DNA of 64,000 nt from Planctomycetota bacterium (lineage in GTDB: Bacteria > Planctomycetota > Planctomycetia > Pirellulales > UBA1268): contig JABAAH010000007.1 of the NCBI GenBank assembly GCA_014238855.1, positions 3,000 through 66,999 on the forward strand, given 5' to 3'. How positions within the stretch are numbered: position 1 is the stretch's first letter; each line of letters starts with the position of its first letter. A model generated the notes under the pieces. That model was not told the origin of the DNA and did no database searches. It worked only from the letters and a program-made list of their open reading frames with translations. Shown here one piece after another: positions 49,437-59,186 of this stretch. The translations under genes were made by a program, and so were the position numbers.

Positions 49437-50048
49437 ATGACTGATTCTCCTTGCGGACCCATTGTACTTGGGGTCACCGGTGCTTCAGGAGCGATTTATG
49501 CAAGAAGACTTCTTCACGTACTTTTTGAAGCAAACTGTGACATACACCTATCGATCAGTCCCTCCGGAAAAGCAGTATTTGAACAAGAACTTGGTGTATC
49601 GATCGATCTTGATAATTTCTCTGCGGAGCAGTTCCTGGGCAGCGCGCAACCATCATCTGGTCGCCTTACGTACCATCACTTTAAAAATCTTATGGCTCCT
49701 GTTGCGAGCGGATCCTTTCTAACCAGTGCCATGGTTCTCTGCCCATGCAGTGGAAGCACACTCTCTGCCATAACGCATTCTATGGGTGAAAATTTGATCC
49801 ATAGGGCGGCCGAGGTGCACCTGAAAGAGCACAGGAAACTCATCGTTGTGCCACGAGAAACACCACTCTCGCTACCGCAACTCAAAAACATGCAGGCTAT
49901 TCATGAAGCTGGTGCTGTAGTGTTGCCCGCATCACCGGGCTTTTATCACAATGCTCAATCGATTGATGACCTCGTTAACTTTGTTGTTGCTCGTATTTGC
50001 GATCAACTGCACATCTCGAATGAACTTGTTTGCCGCTGGGGAAAGTAA
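49437..50048 (+). CDS. ubiX: UbiX-family flavin prenyltransferase
   Basis: IVLGVTGASGAIYARRLL...MVLCPCSGSTLSAI...VVPRETPLS. Confidence 0.9.
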   Translation: MTDSPCGPIVLGVTGASGAIYARRLLHVLFEANCDIHLSISPSGKAVFEQELGVSIDLDNFSAEQFLGSAQPSSGRLTYHHFKNLMAPVASGSFLTSAMVLCPCSGSTLSAITHSMGENLIHRAAEVHLKEHRKLIVVPRETPLSLPQLKNMQAIHEAGAVVLPASPGFYHNAQSIDDLVNFVVARICDQLHISNELVCRWGK

Positions 50049-50053
50049 GGTTT

Positions 50054-50968
50054 ATGGCGGCAACACTTCGTACATATCTTGAACTCGTTCGATTCTCTCA
50101 CACTATCTTCGCATTGCCGTTCGCGATTATGGCAGGAATGATTGCTGCCCGTGTTGAACTAGCGAACAATCCGGGTGTCTCAACATTGCATTGGCTGAAG
50201 ATTTCTGCTGGCATTATCGTATGCATGGCCACTGCTCGCACGGCAGCAATGGGATTCAACCGACTGGTTGATCGACATATCGACGCCCGCAATCCTCGAA
50301 CTGCAAATCGTCATTTGCCAAAAGGCCTGCTTTCCGTTGGTGAAGTTCAGAAACTGATCTGTGTATCATCATTCTTATTCGTAGCATCAACGCTTCTCTT
50401 TCTTCCAAACTGGCTACCAGTAGTCCTTTCATTGCCAGTACTCGTATGGCTCTTGGGGTACAGCTATGCGAAACGATTCACATCATTGGCTCATGTCTGG
50501 CTTGGTATTGCACTCGGGCTTACGCCACTAGCGGCCTGGATAGCTGTTCGAGGACCTGCTGTAATTTCAGATCCTTCCGACATGCTGCCGGCACTCGTGC
50601 TGGCGCTAGCGGTGACCACGTGGGTTGCGGGTTTTGACACCATTTACGCCTGCCAGGATGCTTCATTTGACAGCACCGAACAGTTACAAAGCCTCCCCTC
50701 ACGATGTGGCATTCGGAATGCACTCTATCTCGCTGGGTTTTTTCATTTTTTGGCAATTCTCTTTCTTCTTGCTCTTCCACGAACAACCCCTTTTATTGGC
50801 AACTACACCACTTGGGCGATCTATGGCATCGCAGGGCTCCTTGTTGTTGAGCACTTGCTCATCAGTTCACGGAATCTTTCTCGCATAAATCAGGCATTTT
50901 TCACCGTAAATGCCGTAATAGGCCTTATATTGCTCGCAGGGATAAGCACGGACATCTGGTTGTTATAA
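50054..50968 (+). CDS. mqnP: UbiA-family polyprenyltransferase, probably the futalosine-route menaquinone prenyltransferase
   Basis: LVRFSHTIFALPFA, the Asp-rich motif FNRLVDRHIDARNPRT, and the second motif DTIYACQD. Start taken at ATG 50054, 6 nt after the ubiX stop. Confidence 0.8.
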   Translation: MAATLRTYLELVRFSHTIFALPFAIMAGMIAARVELANNPGVSTLHWLKISAGIIVCMATARTAAMGFNRLVDRHIDARNPRTANRHLPKGLLSVGEVQKLICVSSFLFVASTLLFLPNWLPVVLSLPVLVWLLGYSYAKRFTSLAHVWLGIALGLTPLAAWIAVRGPAVISDPSDMLPALVLALAVTTWVAGFDTIYACQDASFDSTEQLQSLPSRCGIRNALYLAGFFHFLAILFLLALPRTTPFIGNYTTWAIYGIAGLLVVEHLLISSRNLSRINQAFFTVNAVIGLILLAGISTDIWLL

Positions 50969-51052
50969 AATTTCGTGTTGTTTTCTCAGTTGGTTTACGG
51001 TTTCAAGAGGTATTCTCGGTGGACACAGTCACGTTTGTATTAGGAAGCCCAC

Positions 51053-52198
51053 ATGATATCTGCAGTTCGTCACTCACTCGACTCAATCCGTGAAAAAATA
51101 GAATGCGGCGAGCGACTCTCACCAAAGGAAGCCGAAGGCCTTTGGGATGAATCTGTGGACCTTCATGAACTTGGCGAACTCGCAAACGTAGTTCGTGAAC
51201 GCAAAAACGGAGATGCCGGGTATTACAACATTAATACTCACCTCAACCCCACAAATGTCTGTGTGTACCGCTGCACATTTTGTGCATTTCGAGCCGACTT
51301 ACGGGATGAACGCGGCTATTGGATGACCGATGAGCAAATCCTTCAAAGGGGTCAAGAGGCAGTTGATGCAGGCAGCACTGAGATGCATATTGTTGGTGGG
51401 CTTCATCACCAAAAAGGTTATGACTCATATCTCAACATCATTCGCATTCTCCACGAAGCGTACCCAACTCTTCACTTAAAGGCATGGACACCTGTTGAAA
51501 TAAATTGGTTCTGTCATCTGACAAAACGATCAAAAAGCGACATCCTTGAGGAAATGAAGTCTGCTGGTCTCGGAAGTCTTCCGGGCGGTGGTGCAGAAAT
51601 CTTTCACCCAGAAGTGCGGGACAAAATATGTGAGCATAAAGCTGATACTGAAGAATGGTTTGAAATTCATCGCGTGGCACATTCTCTTGGCTTACGAAGT
51701 AATGCGACCATGCTATACGGTCACATTGAAAACGCGTACCATCGCACTGATCACTTAATTCGTCTCCGAGAGCTACAGGATGAAACAGGCGGCTTCCAGA
51801 CATTCATCCCTCTCGCCTTCCATCCAGAGAATACGAGATTATCCCACATACCGAAGCCTTCTGCGGCAATGAGTTTAAGAACAATGGCTATCAGTCGACT
51901 CGTGCTCGATAATTTTGACCACCTAAAAGCGTATTGGATCATGCTGGGGCTAGGGACTGCCCAAGCAGCACTTGCATATGGAGCAGACGATATTGATGGC
52001 ACAGTTCGACATGAGTTGATCTACCACGACGCAGGAGCAGAAACGCCCGAAATATTAACCGTTGAAAACATCAAAAATCTGATTCGAGAGGCTGGACGTG
52101 AACCAATAGAAAGGGATACGTTGTACTGCCGTGTCGAGCGAGAAGGACAGCACTGGACATCTGGTGAACCACTTACTGCCACGACTCTATCGGAATAG
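51053..52198 (+). CDS. mqnE: menaquinone-biosynthesis radical SAM enzyme, MqnE-like (aminofutalosine synthase); MqnC not excluded
   Basis: CVYRCTFCAF (CxxxCxxC), TEMHIVGGLH, SLPGGGAEIF, ATMLYGHIE, ETGGFQTFIPLAFHPENT. Confidence 0.75.
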   Translation: MISAVRHSLDSIREKIECGERLSPKEAEGLWDESVDLHELGELANVVRERKNGDAGYYNINTHLNPTNVCVYRCTFCAFRADLRDERGYWMTDEQILQRGQEAVDAGSTEMHIVGGLHHQKGYDSYLNIIRILHEAYPTLHLKAWTPVEINWFCHLTKRSKSDILEEMKSAGLGSLPGGGAEIFHPEVRDKICEHKADTEEWFEIHRVAHSLGLRSNATMLYGHIENAYHRTDHLIRLRELQDETGGFQTFIPLAFHPENTRLSHIPKPSAAMSLRTMAISRLVLDNFDHLKAYWIMLGLGTAQAALAYGADDIDGTVRHELIYHDAGAETPEILTVENIKNLIREAGREPIERDTLYCRVEREGQHWTSGEPLTATTLSE

Positions 52199-52210
52199 AG
52201 TCTTTGCTAG

Positions 52211-54376
52211 CTAACTCACCTTCTCCAAGCCCAGATTGAGCGTTGCTGACCAACGCCCTAGCAAAACTTTTTTCAGCCGACTGAAGCGAGTGTCATTCAA
52301 GGCAGGGTCGCTTTCAAATATGGTTTTTGCATCGCTCCTCGCTTCCGAGGCCACCTCGCCATCTCTCAGCAAATCAGCGAGGTAAAGCGGAGGCGAACCG
52401 CTCTGACGTGATCCTAAAATATCACCCGGCCCCCGCAAGACAAGATCTTGTTCAGCTAACCGAAAACCATCGGTTGTGGAAATGAACGCATCAATCCGGG
52501 GTGATGCGTTCAATTCTTCATCAGTGACAGCGCCACAGATTCCTTGCATTCGGCCGCGGGCAACACGCCCCCTCAGTTGATGTAATTGTGCGAGCCCGAA
52601 ATTCTCAGCATCAAGAATGGTCATGAGTGTGGCATTTGGCACGTCGATCCCAACTTCAATAACACTTGTTGCAACAAGAACGTCAAAACGATTCGCACGG
52701 AATTCAGCCATCACTGATGCTTTTTGTTCTGGCTTCATGCGTCCATGAAGAAGGCCGAGGCGGAAAGCTTCGAGATGCCCATTCGCCAGTGATTCAAACG
52801 CCGAAGATATGCTAGCCATATCTCGACCGGATACGTCAACTGTAGGAACAACAATGTATCCCTGACGCCCTTCTTTGAGTTTCTTTCGAAAGAAATCCCA
52901 CCATTGATCTACCTGATCTTGCGAGACGCGATACGTTGCCACTTCCTGGCGCCCTGGGGGCAATTCATCAATGACCGATATATCTAAATCACCGTAAACC
53001 GCATGGGCAACAGTCCTAGGAATTGGCGTTGCCGTCATCACAAGAGTGTGCGGATCACTCGTACCCTGCCTCAAGAGAGATCGTTGCAAAACTCCAAAAC
53101 GATGCTGTTCATCGATAACCACCAGACCAAGATTGGCGAAGGCGGCCTCGCTACAGATAAGCGCCTGTGTACCTACAACTAACTGAACCTCTCCTGATTC
53201 GATCCGTCCTTGCAACTCTCGTCTTTCGGCGGCCCGCTGCCCTCCTATAAGCAGTCCGACTTGTAACGGAGACTCTCGTTCCAATAAAAGTGAAGTAAGT
53301 GTCTGATAATGTTGTCGTGCCAACAGCTCGGTGGGTGCCATAATTGCAGCCTGAAACCGACTCGCCGAACTGCCATCCTCTCCCGCTGTATGACCAAGAA
53401 CAAACGTTGCAGCAGTCGCGAGCATACAATACGCCGCAACTGCTGTTTTACCGCTTCCGACATCACCTTGTAAAAGTCTATTCATCGGTTTTGTCCGTCG
53501 CATATCCGATGCAATTTCTGCACACACTCGCTTTTGCGCATTGGTAAACTCATGCGAAAACAGAGCTTTAATACGATTGTCGAGTTTGCTATCTATGTTG
53601 ATAGCAGGCGCCGTCTGCCGAGTATCTTGCTGGCCGCTGTGAAGCCGTAGTGCAAGCTGAAGCATGAGAAGTTCTTGATACACGAAACGCCTTCGAGCAG
53701 CCTCCAACGCATCACGACTTTCGGGACGATGAATAGATCGAATTGCTTCGCCGATCGACATTAGATTTTTTGATCGCAGAAGAGATTCAGGGAGTGACTC
53801 CTCCAGACGGTCAGCGGAAACACCCAGGGCAGCCTGTACAGCCAGTCGAACGTGAGACTGCTGTACACCGTCGGTGAGCGGATACACGGCGAGCCATTCA
53901 ACAGGAGTACTGTCTTCTTCGTCATCAAGCCACCTAACTTCCGGGTGTGAAAACTCCCATTTCGAATCATTCCGCCGAGGCTGACCAGCCACTACCAGAC
54001 GGCGTCCTACCGTAAAACGAGGCGCTAAAAAGGGCATATTAAACCATACACATCGCACCACCCCGCCTTCAGTCTCGACCTGAACAGTCAGCATTGATCG
54101 ACCACGAGATATCGTGCGGAGGGACCCACTGAGAATAGTCCCCGCTAATGATGCATGTTCACCTTCGACTAATTCATCAAAGCAATGCCCACCTGTGAAA
54201 TCACGATAGTCTCGCGGAAAGTGCATAATTGCATCACGAACAGTTACGAGACCAAGCTTTGCAAGCTTTGCAGCTCGAACTGAACCTACACCTGGCAGTC
54301 GCTCAAGGCGAATCCTGAGGTCAGAACCCGTCTCGGCTTCAGCGATATCTGTGTTGTTTTGATCTTCGGTCGACAT
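52211..54376 (-). CDS. recG: ATP-dependent DNA helicase RecG
   Basis: Wedge/OB N-domain, Walker A GDVGSGKT, DEQH box (VVIDEQHRFG), TATPIPRT, and motif VI QLRGRVARG. Confidence 0.95.
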   Translation of the reverse strand: MSTEDQNNTDIAEAETGSDLRIRLERLPGVGSVRAAKLAKLGLVTVRDAIMHFPRDYRDFTGGHCFDELVEGEHASLAGTILSGSLRTISRGRSMLTVQVETEGGVVRCVWFNMPFLAPRFTVGRRLVVAGQPRRNDSKWEFSHPEVRWLDDEEDSTPVEWLAVYPLTDGVQQSHVRLAVQAALGVSADRLEESLPESLLRSKNLMSIGEAIRSIHRPESRDALEAARRRFVYQELLMLQLALRLHSGQQDTRQTAPAINIDSKLDNRIKALFSHEFTNAQKRVCAEIASDMRRTKPMNRLLQGDVGSGKTAVAAYCMLATAATFVLGHTAGEDGSSASRFQAAIMAPTELLARQHYQTLTSLLLERESPLQVGLLIGGQRAAERRELQGRIESGEVQLVVGTQALICSEAAFANLGLVVIDEQHRFGVLQRSLLRQGTSDPHTLVMTATPIPRTVAHAVYGDLDISVIDELPPGRQEVATYRVSQDQVDQWWDFFRKKLKEGRQGYIVVPTVDVSGRDMASISSAFESLANGHLEAFRLGLLHGRMKPEQKASVMAEFRANRFDVLVATSVIEVGIDVPNATLMTILDAENFGLAQLHQLRGRVARGRMQGICGAVTDEELNASPRIDAFISTTDGFRLAEQDLVLRGPGDILGSRQSGSPPLYLADLLRDGEVASEARSDAKTIFESDPALNDTRFSRLKKVLLGRWSATLNLGLEKVS

Positions 54377-54385
54377 GCTGGCCCA

Positions 54386-54871
54386 TTATCTCTTGGAGCC
54401 ATTCAAAAGTGGCTGGTACGCAGCAACGGCCATTTCATCACATCGTTCATTCTCTGCGTGCCCGGAGTGCCCGGCCACATGCCGAAAAACAACGCTGTGA
54501 GAAGCTGCAAGACGATCTAGTTCTCGCCATAAGTCCTCATTCTTAACCGGAACAAAGCGTCCTCGTTCTTTTCTCTTCCAGCCCTGCTTTTTCCATTTTG
54601 GCAACCAGTCTGAGAGACCCGTTCCAACGTAAACACTGTCCGTCACAAGTTCAACACATGTCGGTCGTTTTAATTGTTGCAAGCCTTGAACTGCTGCCGT
54701 TAATTCCATTCGATTATTCGTTGTATCAGCCTCACTGCCTTGTGCTGATGTCTCTCGACCGGTTTCTGGGTGTCGCAAAATATACGCCCACCCCCCGGGC
54801 CCAGGATTCCCGCTACAAGCGCCGTCTGTAAACAGTACCACTTCGGACATTTTCTTTTTCTCAACGGGCAT
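54386..54871 (-). CDS. rnhA: ribonuclease HI
   Basis: LFTDGACSGNPGPGGWAYIL...TNNRMEL...TDSVYV...HSGHAENERCDEMA. The start could instead be the second Met (54850). 9 nt upstream of recG. Confidence 0.9.
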   Translation of the reverse strand: MPVEKKKMSEVVLFTDGACSGNPGPGGWAYILRHPETGRETSAQGSEADTTNNRMELTAAVQGLQQLKRPTCVELVTDSVYVGTGLSDWLPKWKKQGWKRKERGRFVPVKNEDLWRELDRLAASHSVVFRHVAGHSGHAENERCDEMAVAAYQPLLNGSKR

Positions 54872-54991
54872 AATTGTTCATAACATTCCAAGGGTAGAGA
54901 ATTTAGATGTATTTTTTGAATATTCTACTTTTTATCTTCAGAATATTGCATCTGCCGTCAGCAGGCGACTTCTTTAACTGCTCAGCCTTCA

Positions 54992-56701
54992 CTACGCTGA
55001 CGAAGCAAAAGGTATCACCGGCGGCATACCGCATGCTTTTAGGCAAACAGGGAGTCGAACACGAAAGGAACTACCCTGCCCCAAATCACTTTGCACAGTA
55101 ACATCACCGCCGAGCAGACGACACAGTTCGCGAACAATTGAAAGCCCAAGCCCAGTGCCTGAAATCTCTCGTGTCATGGCATCATCGCCTGCCTGAAAAT
55201 CACTGCTTTGCCTGAATTTTTCAAAAATTGCCTGCTGCTCATCAATAGCGATGCCTACGCCATTATCAGAGACTTCTAGTATGAAGAAATCTGTGTCGAG
55301 CAACTTTCCAGAGACAGAAATTAGACCACCCTCTGGCGTAAACTTCACGGCATTTGATAACAAATTTGACAGAATTTGCTGTAACTTTGATTGATCCTGT
55401 TCGACCTTTGGGATTGTGTCGCCTATGGAGATTATCAGTTCGATTTCTTTCTTTTCTGCCATCGGACGAATCATATCGCACTGAGCCGAAACAATTGACC
55501 CAAGCTCAAAGGTGGTAGCCCGAACGTCCATTTTGCCAGCTTCCATCTTGGCAAGATCAAGGATGTCATTGATCATTTCGAGTAACATCCTGCCCGACTT
55601 TCGTATGTTCTCGACATAACGAACTTGCTTTTCATCAAGTAACTGATTCGATCCGAGAACGTCAGAAAAACCAAGAATACTATTCAACGGGGTGCGCAAC
55701 TCGTGACTCATAGTGGCAAGAAAGTCACCCTTCAATCGATTCATCTCATACAAATGCATATTAGCCCGTGCCAGTTCATCAACTTTACCATCAAGGTCTC
55801 CATTCACTTTCCTTAGTTCCTCCTGAGACTCAACAAGCCCCCGAAGCATCCTATTAAACGCTACTCCAAGTTCCTCGAATTCGTCTGCTGTATGTATGTC
55901 AGCTCTTGCATCTACATTCCCGCGGCGGACTTCATCGCTTACATCTCTAAGATGTTCAAGTGGCTTCACAATGACATATCGCACAATTAAATAAGCCGCA
56001 AGCATTGCAAGAAATACCGTAATGATTGCGGTCGCAATCAAGATCGCACGATTCCAATTGATCGCCTGTCGGGTCGTCCCATCTGGCATGACAACTTTTA
56101 CAATCGCCATAAGATCACCATCTGCATACTTTTTACGATTAGGCAGCAAATTATCTGCACTCTCACCTCGAACGCTTCCGTGAAATTCATGACAAATGAG
56201 ACACGACTGCTGAACACGAATTGGTTGGTAATAGTGATATTCTTTTTTATCAGCCGTTCGGTACTCGCGGTATTCATCACCGGGCGTTCGAGCGCGACTT
56301 GCCAACGATTCGTCGCCTTTGGTAGACGGAGGATTCTGCACGAAAAAATCGAGAACGGCAGCGTCGAGCCGGGTGTAACTGGCCAACTCCTCAGAGGAGG
56401 CATCTGGTGAGAGTATCCTCCAGCTGTAGGGCTGGTTTTGGAGCATCTTCCCGAGAGTTTCAATCGGATTTGTATACTTCTTATCAGCCTCAAGATTTTT
56501 CCAGTGATGATTGATCATTACTGCATCAACAAGATGACGACCGGTGCTTCTCGTGGTCGTGAAAACAATCTCCTCAGTTCGTTGGCCGTACCACCAAAAA
56601 CTTCCTGTAATAAGCACCAATAAACAAAGACCGAAGAGAAAGCGACATTTTCTCTCTAGACTCGTTTCACCAACAATTTCTTTAAATGACTTATACGCCA
56701 T
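54992..56701 (-). CDS. sensor histidine kinase with a haem-c-type (CxxCH) periplasmic domain, HAMP, HisKA and HATPase domains
   Basis: TM1 FLFGLCLLVLITGSFWW, periplasmic YYQPIRVQQSCLICHEFHG, TM2 AILIATAIITVFLAMLAAYLIV, the HAMP region, H-box SHELRTPLN, and the C-terminal N/G boxes (LSNAVKFT, DNGVGI, GTGLGLSI). Confidence 0.9.
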   Translation of the reverse strand: MAYKSFKEIVGETSLERKCRFLFGLCLLVLITGSFWWYGQRTEEIVFTTTRSTGRHLVDAVMINHHWKNLEADKKYTNPIETLGKMLQNQPYSWRILSPDASSEELASYTRLDAAVLDFFVQNPPSTKGDESLASRARTPGDEYREYRTADKKEYHYYQPIRVQQSCLICHEFHGSVRGESADNLLPNRKKYADGDLMAIVKVVMPDGTTRQAINWNRAILIATAIITVFLAMLAAYLIVRYVIVKPLEHLRDVSDEVRRGNVDARADIHTADEFEELGVAFNRMLRGLVESQEELRKVNGDLDGKVDELARANMHLYEMNRLKGDFLATMSHELRTPLNSILGFSDVLGSNQLLDEKQVRYVENIRKSGRMLLEMINDILDLAKMEAGKMDVRATTFELGSIVSAQCDMIRPMAEKKEIELIISIGDTIPKVEQDQSKLQQILSNLLSNAVKFTPEGGLISVSGKLLDTDFFILEVSDNGVGIAIDEQQAIFEKFRQSSDFQAGDDAMTREISGTGLGLSIVRELCRLLGGDVTVQSDLGQGSSFRVRLPVCLKACGMPPVIPFASSA

Positions 56702-56838
56702 ATAGCATTACCTTTGTACTCATCTTACCGCATTACCAGAATGTCTGCGAAACCTAGGTCACGTGACCGGCACAGTTCGTCCACAACCGAGGAAATCACT
56801 TCCGCTGAATCTAAAAAAAAGGTTCTCTGCAGTTCCTT

Positions 56839-59106
56839 CTAGAGCATTTCAACCGGATCAACATCAACAATCCAAACGACTTCCTGTGGCGTCTTTAAGC
56901 CAGCCATGCTTCGGCCAACAAGATCACGAAGTAACTCCGAGCTTGGTCCGTGTATTTGTAGATGCCAACGATAGCGGTCACGAATTCGAGAAATCGGTGC
57001 TGGCGCTGGACCCAAAATTCGAATAGCTTCATCTCCCTGAGCACTTTTACTGAGTCGTTCAACCAGATGCTTGGCCCAATTAGCAGCTGCTTCATCAACT
57101 GCACTACGAACGACTATTCTTATAACACTCCCAAATGGTGGATAAAGGAGTGCCTTACGAATTGGAAGTTCACTACGAACAAAAGCTTCGTAATCATGAG
57201 TGGAAGCTGAACGTATTGCAGGGTGCTCTGGTGTGCTGGTTTGAACAACAACCCGACCACCACGAGGCCCACGACCACTACGTCCAGCTACCTGGGTTAC
57301 AAGCTGGCAGGTCCGCTCAGAGGCCCGAAAGTCCGCAAGGTGAAGTGCCGCATCTGCGTTAATGACTCCGACAAGCATGACATTTGGAAAATCAAGACCT
57401 TTTGCAATCATCTGTGTCCCAACAAGCAAATCAATCTCGTGCTTACGAAAAGCCGTGAGTGTCTTCTCATGACTACCCCGAGTACGCATGGTATCGGTAT
57501 CCATACGTGCTACACGAATTCCTCGGAACTGTGACCGCACTTGATCTTCTAATCGCTGTGTTCCAGTGCCACGATGCACGATGTCTCTTACACCGCATGA
57601 AGGACAGGACTCAGGCACACCCGTTACAAGTCCACACCCATGACATATTCCTCTACTACCAGGCTGGTGCAATGTGAGTCCGAGATCACATTGCGAACAA
57701 TGCATCGCATGGCCACATGACTTGCACTGAAGATGAGTTGCAAAACCTCGGCGGTTGAGGAGCAACATGACCTGACCTCCAGAGTTCAATGCCCACTGGA
57801 TTCCTGCTGCCAGCCGTGGACTTATCGCTCCTTTGGAGCGAGACTTCCGATCCCGAAGGTCCACCGTTACGACTGCTGGCAACTCTGATCCACCTACTCG
57901 CTCAGGCATTCGACACATTTTCCAATCACCTGACATACATCGAGCAAATGTTTCGAGCGAAGGTGTCGCTGAACCCAGCACTAAGGGCACTCCTTCTTTT
58001 TGCGCAATCCATTCAGCAACGTCACGAGCATGGTAACGAGGTGAGGTTGCTTGCTTAAATGTATTCTCATGCTCTTCGTCAATGACTATGAGGCCTAGAC
58101 GTGGCGCGGGTGCGAAAATTGCACTTCTCGCACCCACAATGACGCTCACACGACCAGCAGCAATCTCTCGCCAATGATCGTGCCGCTCGGCCGGAGTAAG
58201 ATGACTGTGAAGAACCGCTACTTTGCCAAATCGCGAGCGAAATCGGTCGCACGTCTGCGGCGTGAGGCTGATCTCCGGAACAAGCACGATCGCTTGCTGG
58301 CCCCGAGCAATAGTTTCTGTAACTGCCTGTAAATAAACTTCTGTTTTGCCACTGCCAGTCACGCCGAAGAGAACGATTGTTTCGTGCGTGCCATGTTGTA
58401 ACGGATAAAGAATTGCTTGCAGAGCTTTTTCTTGATCCACCGAAAGCACCGGTAGTACATCGCTACAAAAACTGTGCTTTATAGAATCTGATTCGGGCTG
58501 ACGTTCAATCGAGCCACTTTCCATAATCAGCCCAGTTCGTAGCAAGCGATTCACAACGCTTCGAGAAACACCAGTTTCTTTCAAAAGCTCATCCAACGGT
58601 ATGGGCTGAATCGCCGCATCAAGAATCTTTTTCTGATTTACTGTTGGGCGACGGTTACCCTGCTCTCCGGTGACTACTAAAACAGGAACTCGTTTCACAC
58701 GACGTCGCAGACGCACTCCTGCGGGCAGCACGGCCTCAAGTACATCACCTCGACGGGCCATCCAGCGATCTGCCATCCAGCCTGTTAATTCGAGCATTCG
58801 CTCCGAGAGAAGTGGCTTCTCGTCTTCGACACCGACCACACTCTTTAGTGGATGCTGTGGTATTTCCCCATGGCGGACGGCGACACAGTATGCCAACCTA
58901 GGCCGATTACTTTTACCAAGAGGGACATGCACCCGACGTCCAGGTTCTACCTCGACAACTAATTCATTTGGGACGATATAATCCAAAGGCATATCAACTC
59001 CCTCTGGCAACACCACAGTCGCGATGACGCCATTGCGTACGTCGTCTTCTTCCCAGATTGGGTGATCTGTAAAAAGTTTGCGTTGGGCTGAGGAATCAGA
59101 GGTCAT
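56839..59106 (-). CDS. priA: primosomal protein N' (replication restart helicase PriA)
   Basis: Walker A GVTGSGKT, DEEH box (VIDEEHE), Cys-rich zinc insert (CKSCGH...CSQC...CHGCG...CPSCG), and motif VI QVAGRSGRG. Start taken at ATG 59106. Confidence 0.95.
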   Translation of the reverse strand: MTSDSSAQRKLFTDHPIWEEDDVRNGVIATVVLPEGVDMPLDYIVPNELVVEVEPGRRVHVPLGKSNRPRLAYCVAVRHGEIPQHPLKSVVGVEDEKPLLSERMLELTGWMADRWMARRGDVLEAVLPAGVRLRRRVKRVPVLVVTGEQGNRRPTVNQKKILDAAIQPIPLDELLKETGVSRSVVNRLLRTGLIMESGSIERQPESDSIKHSFCSDVLPVLSVDQEKALQAILYPLQHGTHETIVLFGVTGSGKTEVYLQAVTETIARGQQAIVLVPEISLTPQTCDRFRSRFGKVAVLHSHLTPAERHDHWREIAAGRVSVIVGARSAIFAPAPRLGLIVIDEEHENTFKQATSPRYHARDVAEWIAQKEGVPLVLGSATPSLETFARCMSGDWKMCRMPERVGGSELPAVVTVDLRDRKSRSKGAISPRLAAGIQWALNSGGQVMLLLNRRGFATHLQCKSCGHAMHCSQCDLGLTLHQPGSRGICHGCGLVTGVPESCPSCGVRDIVHRGTGTQRLEDQVRSQFRGIRVARMDTDTMRTRGSHEKTLTAFRKHEIDLLVGTQMIAKGLDFPNVMLVGVINADAALHLADFRASERTCQLVTQVAGRSGRGPRGGRVVVQTSTPEHPAIRSASTHDYEAFVRSELPIRKALLYPPFGSVIRIVVRSAVDEAAANWAKHLVERLSKSAQGDEAIRILGPAPAPISRIRDRYRWHLQIHGPSSELLRDLVGRSMAGLKTPQEVVWIVDVDPVEML

Positions 59107-59186
59107 ATTTACAGTACAACTAAGGTTCGTAGTCAGCAGGACTCTTACCACAGATAGTAACGAAATGATCAAAAAAAACGGTAGTT

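Noticed and set aside
54918-54948. Two GAATATT(C/G) palindromic half-sites 23 nt apart, upstream of rnhA.
   Set aside because: The motif is short and AT-rich in an AT-rich spacer, so chance occurrence is likely. I have no supporting conservation data, so I note it only as a possible operator.
56770-56782. The 13-nt string GCACAGTTCGTCC is shared between the upstream regions of the two histidine kinase genes (second copy at 61870-61882).
   Set aside because: Dozens of 13-mer coincidences are expected by chance in 64 kb. The two copies also have opposite orientation relative to their genes.
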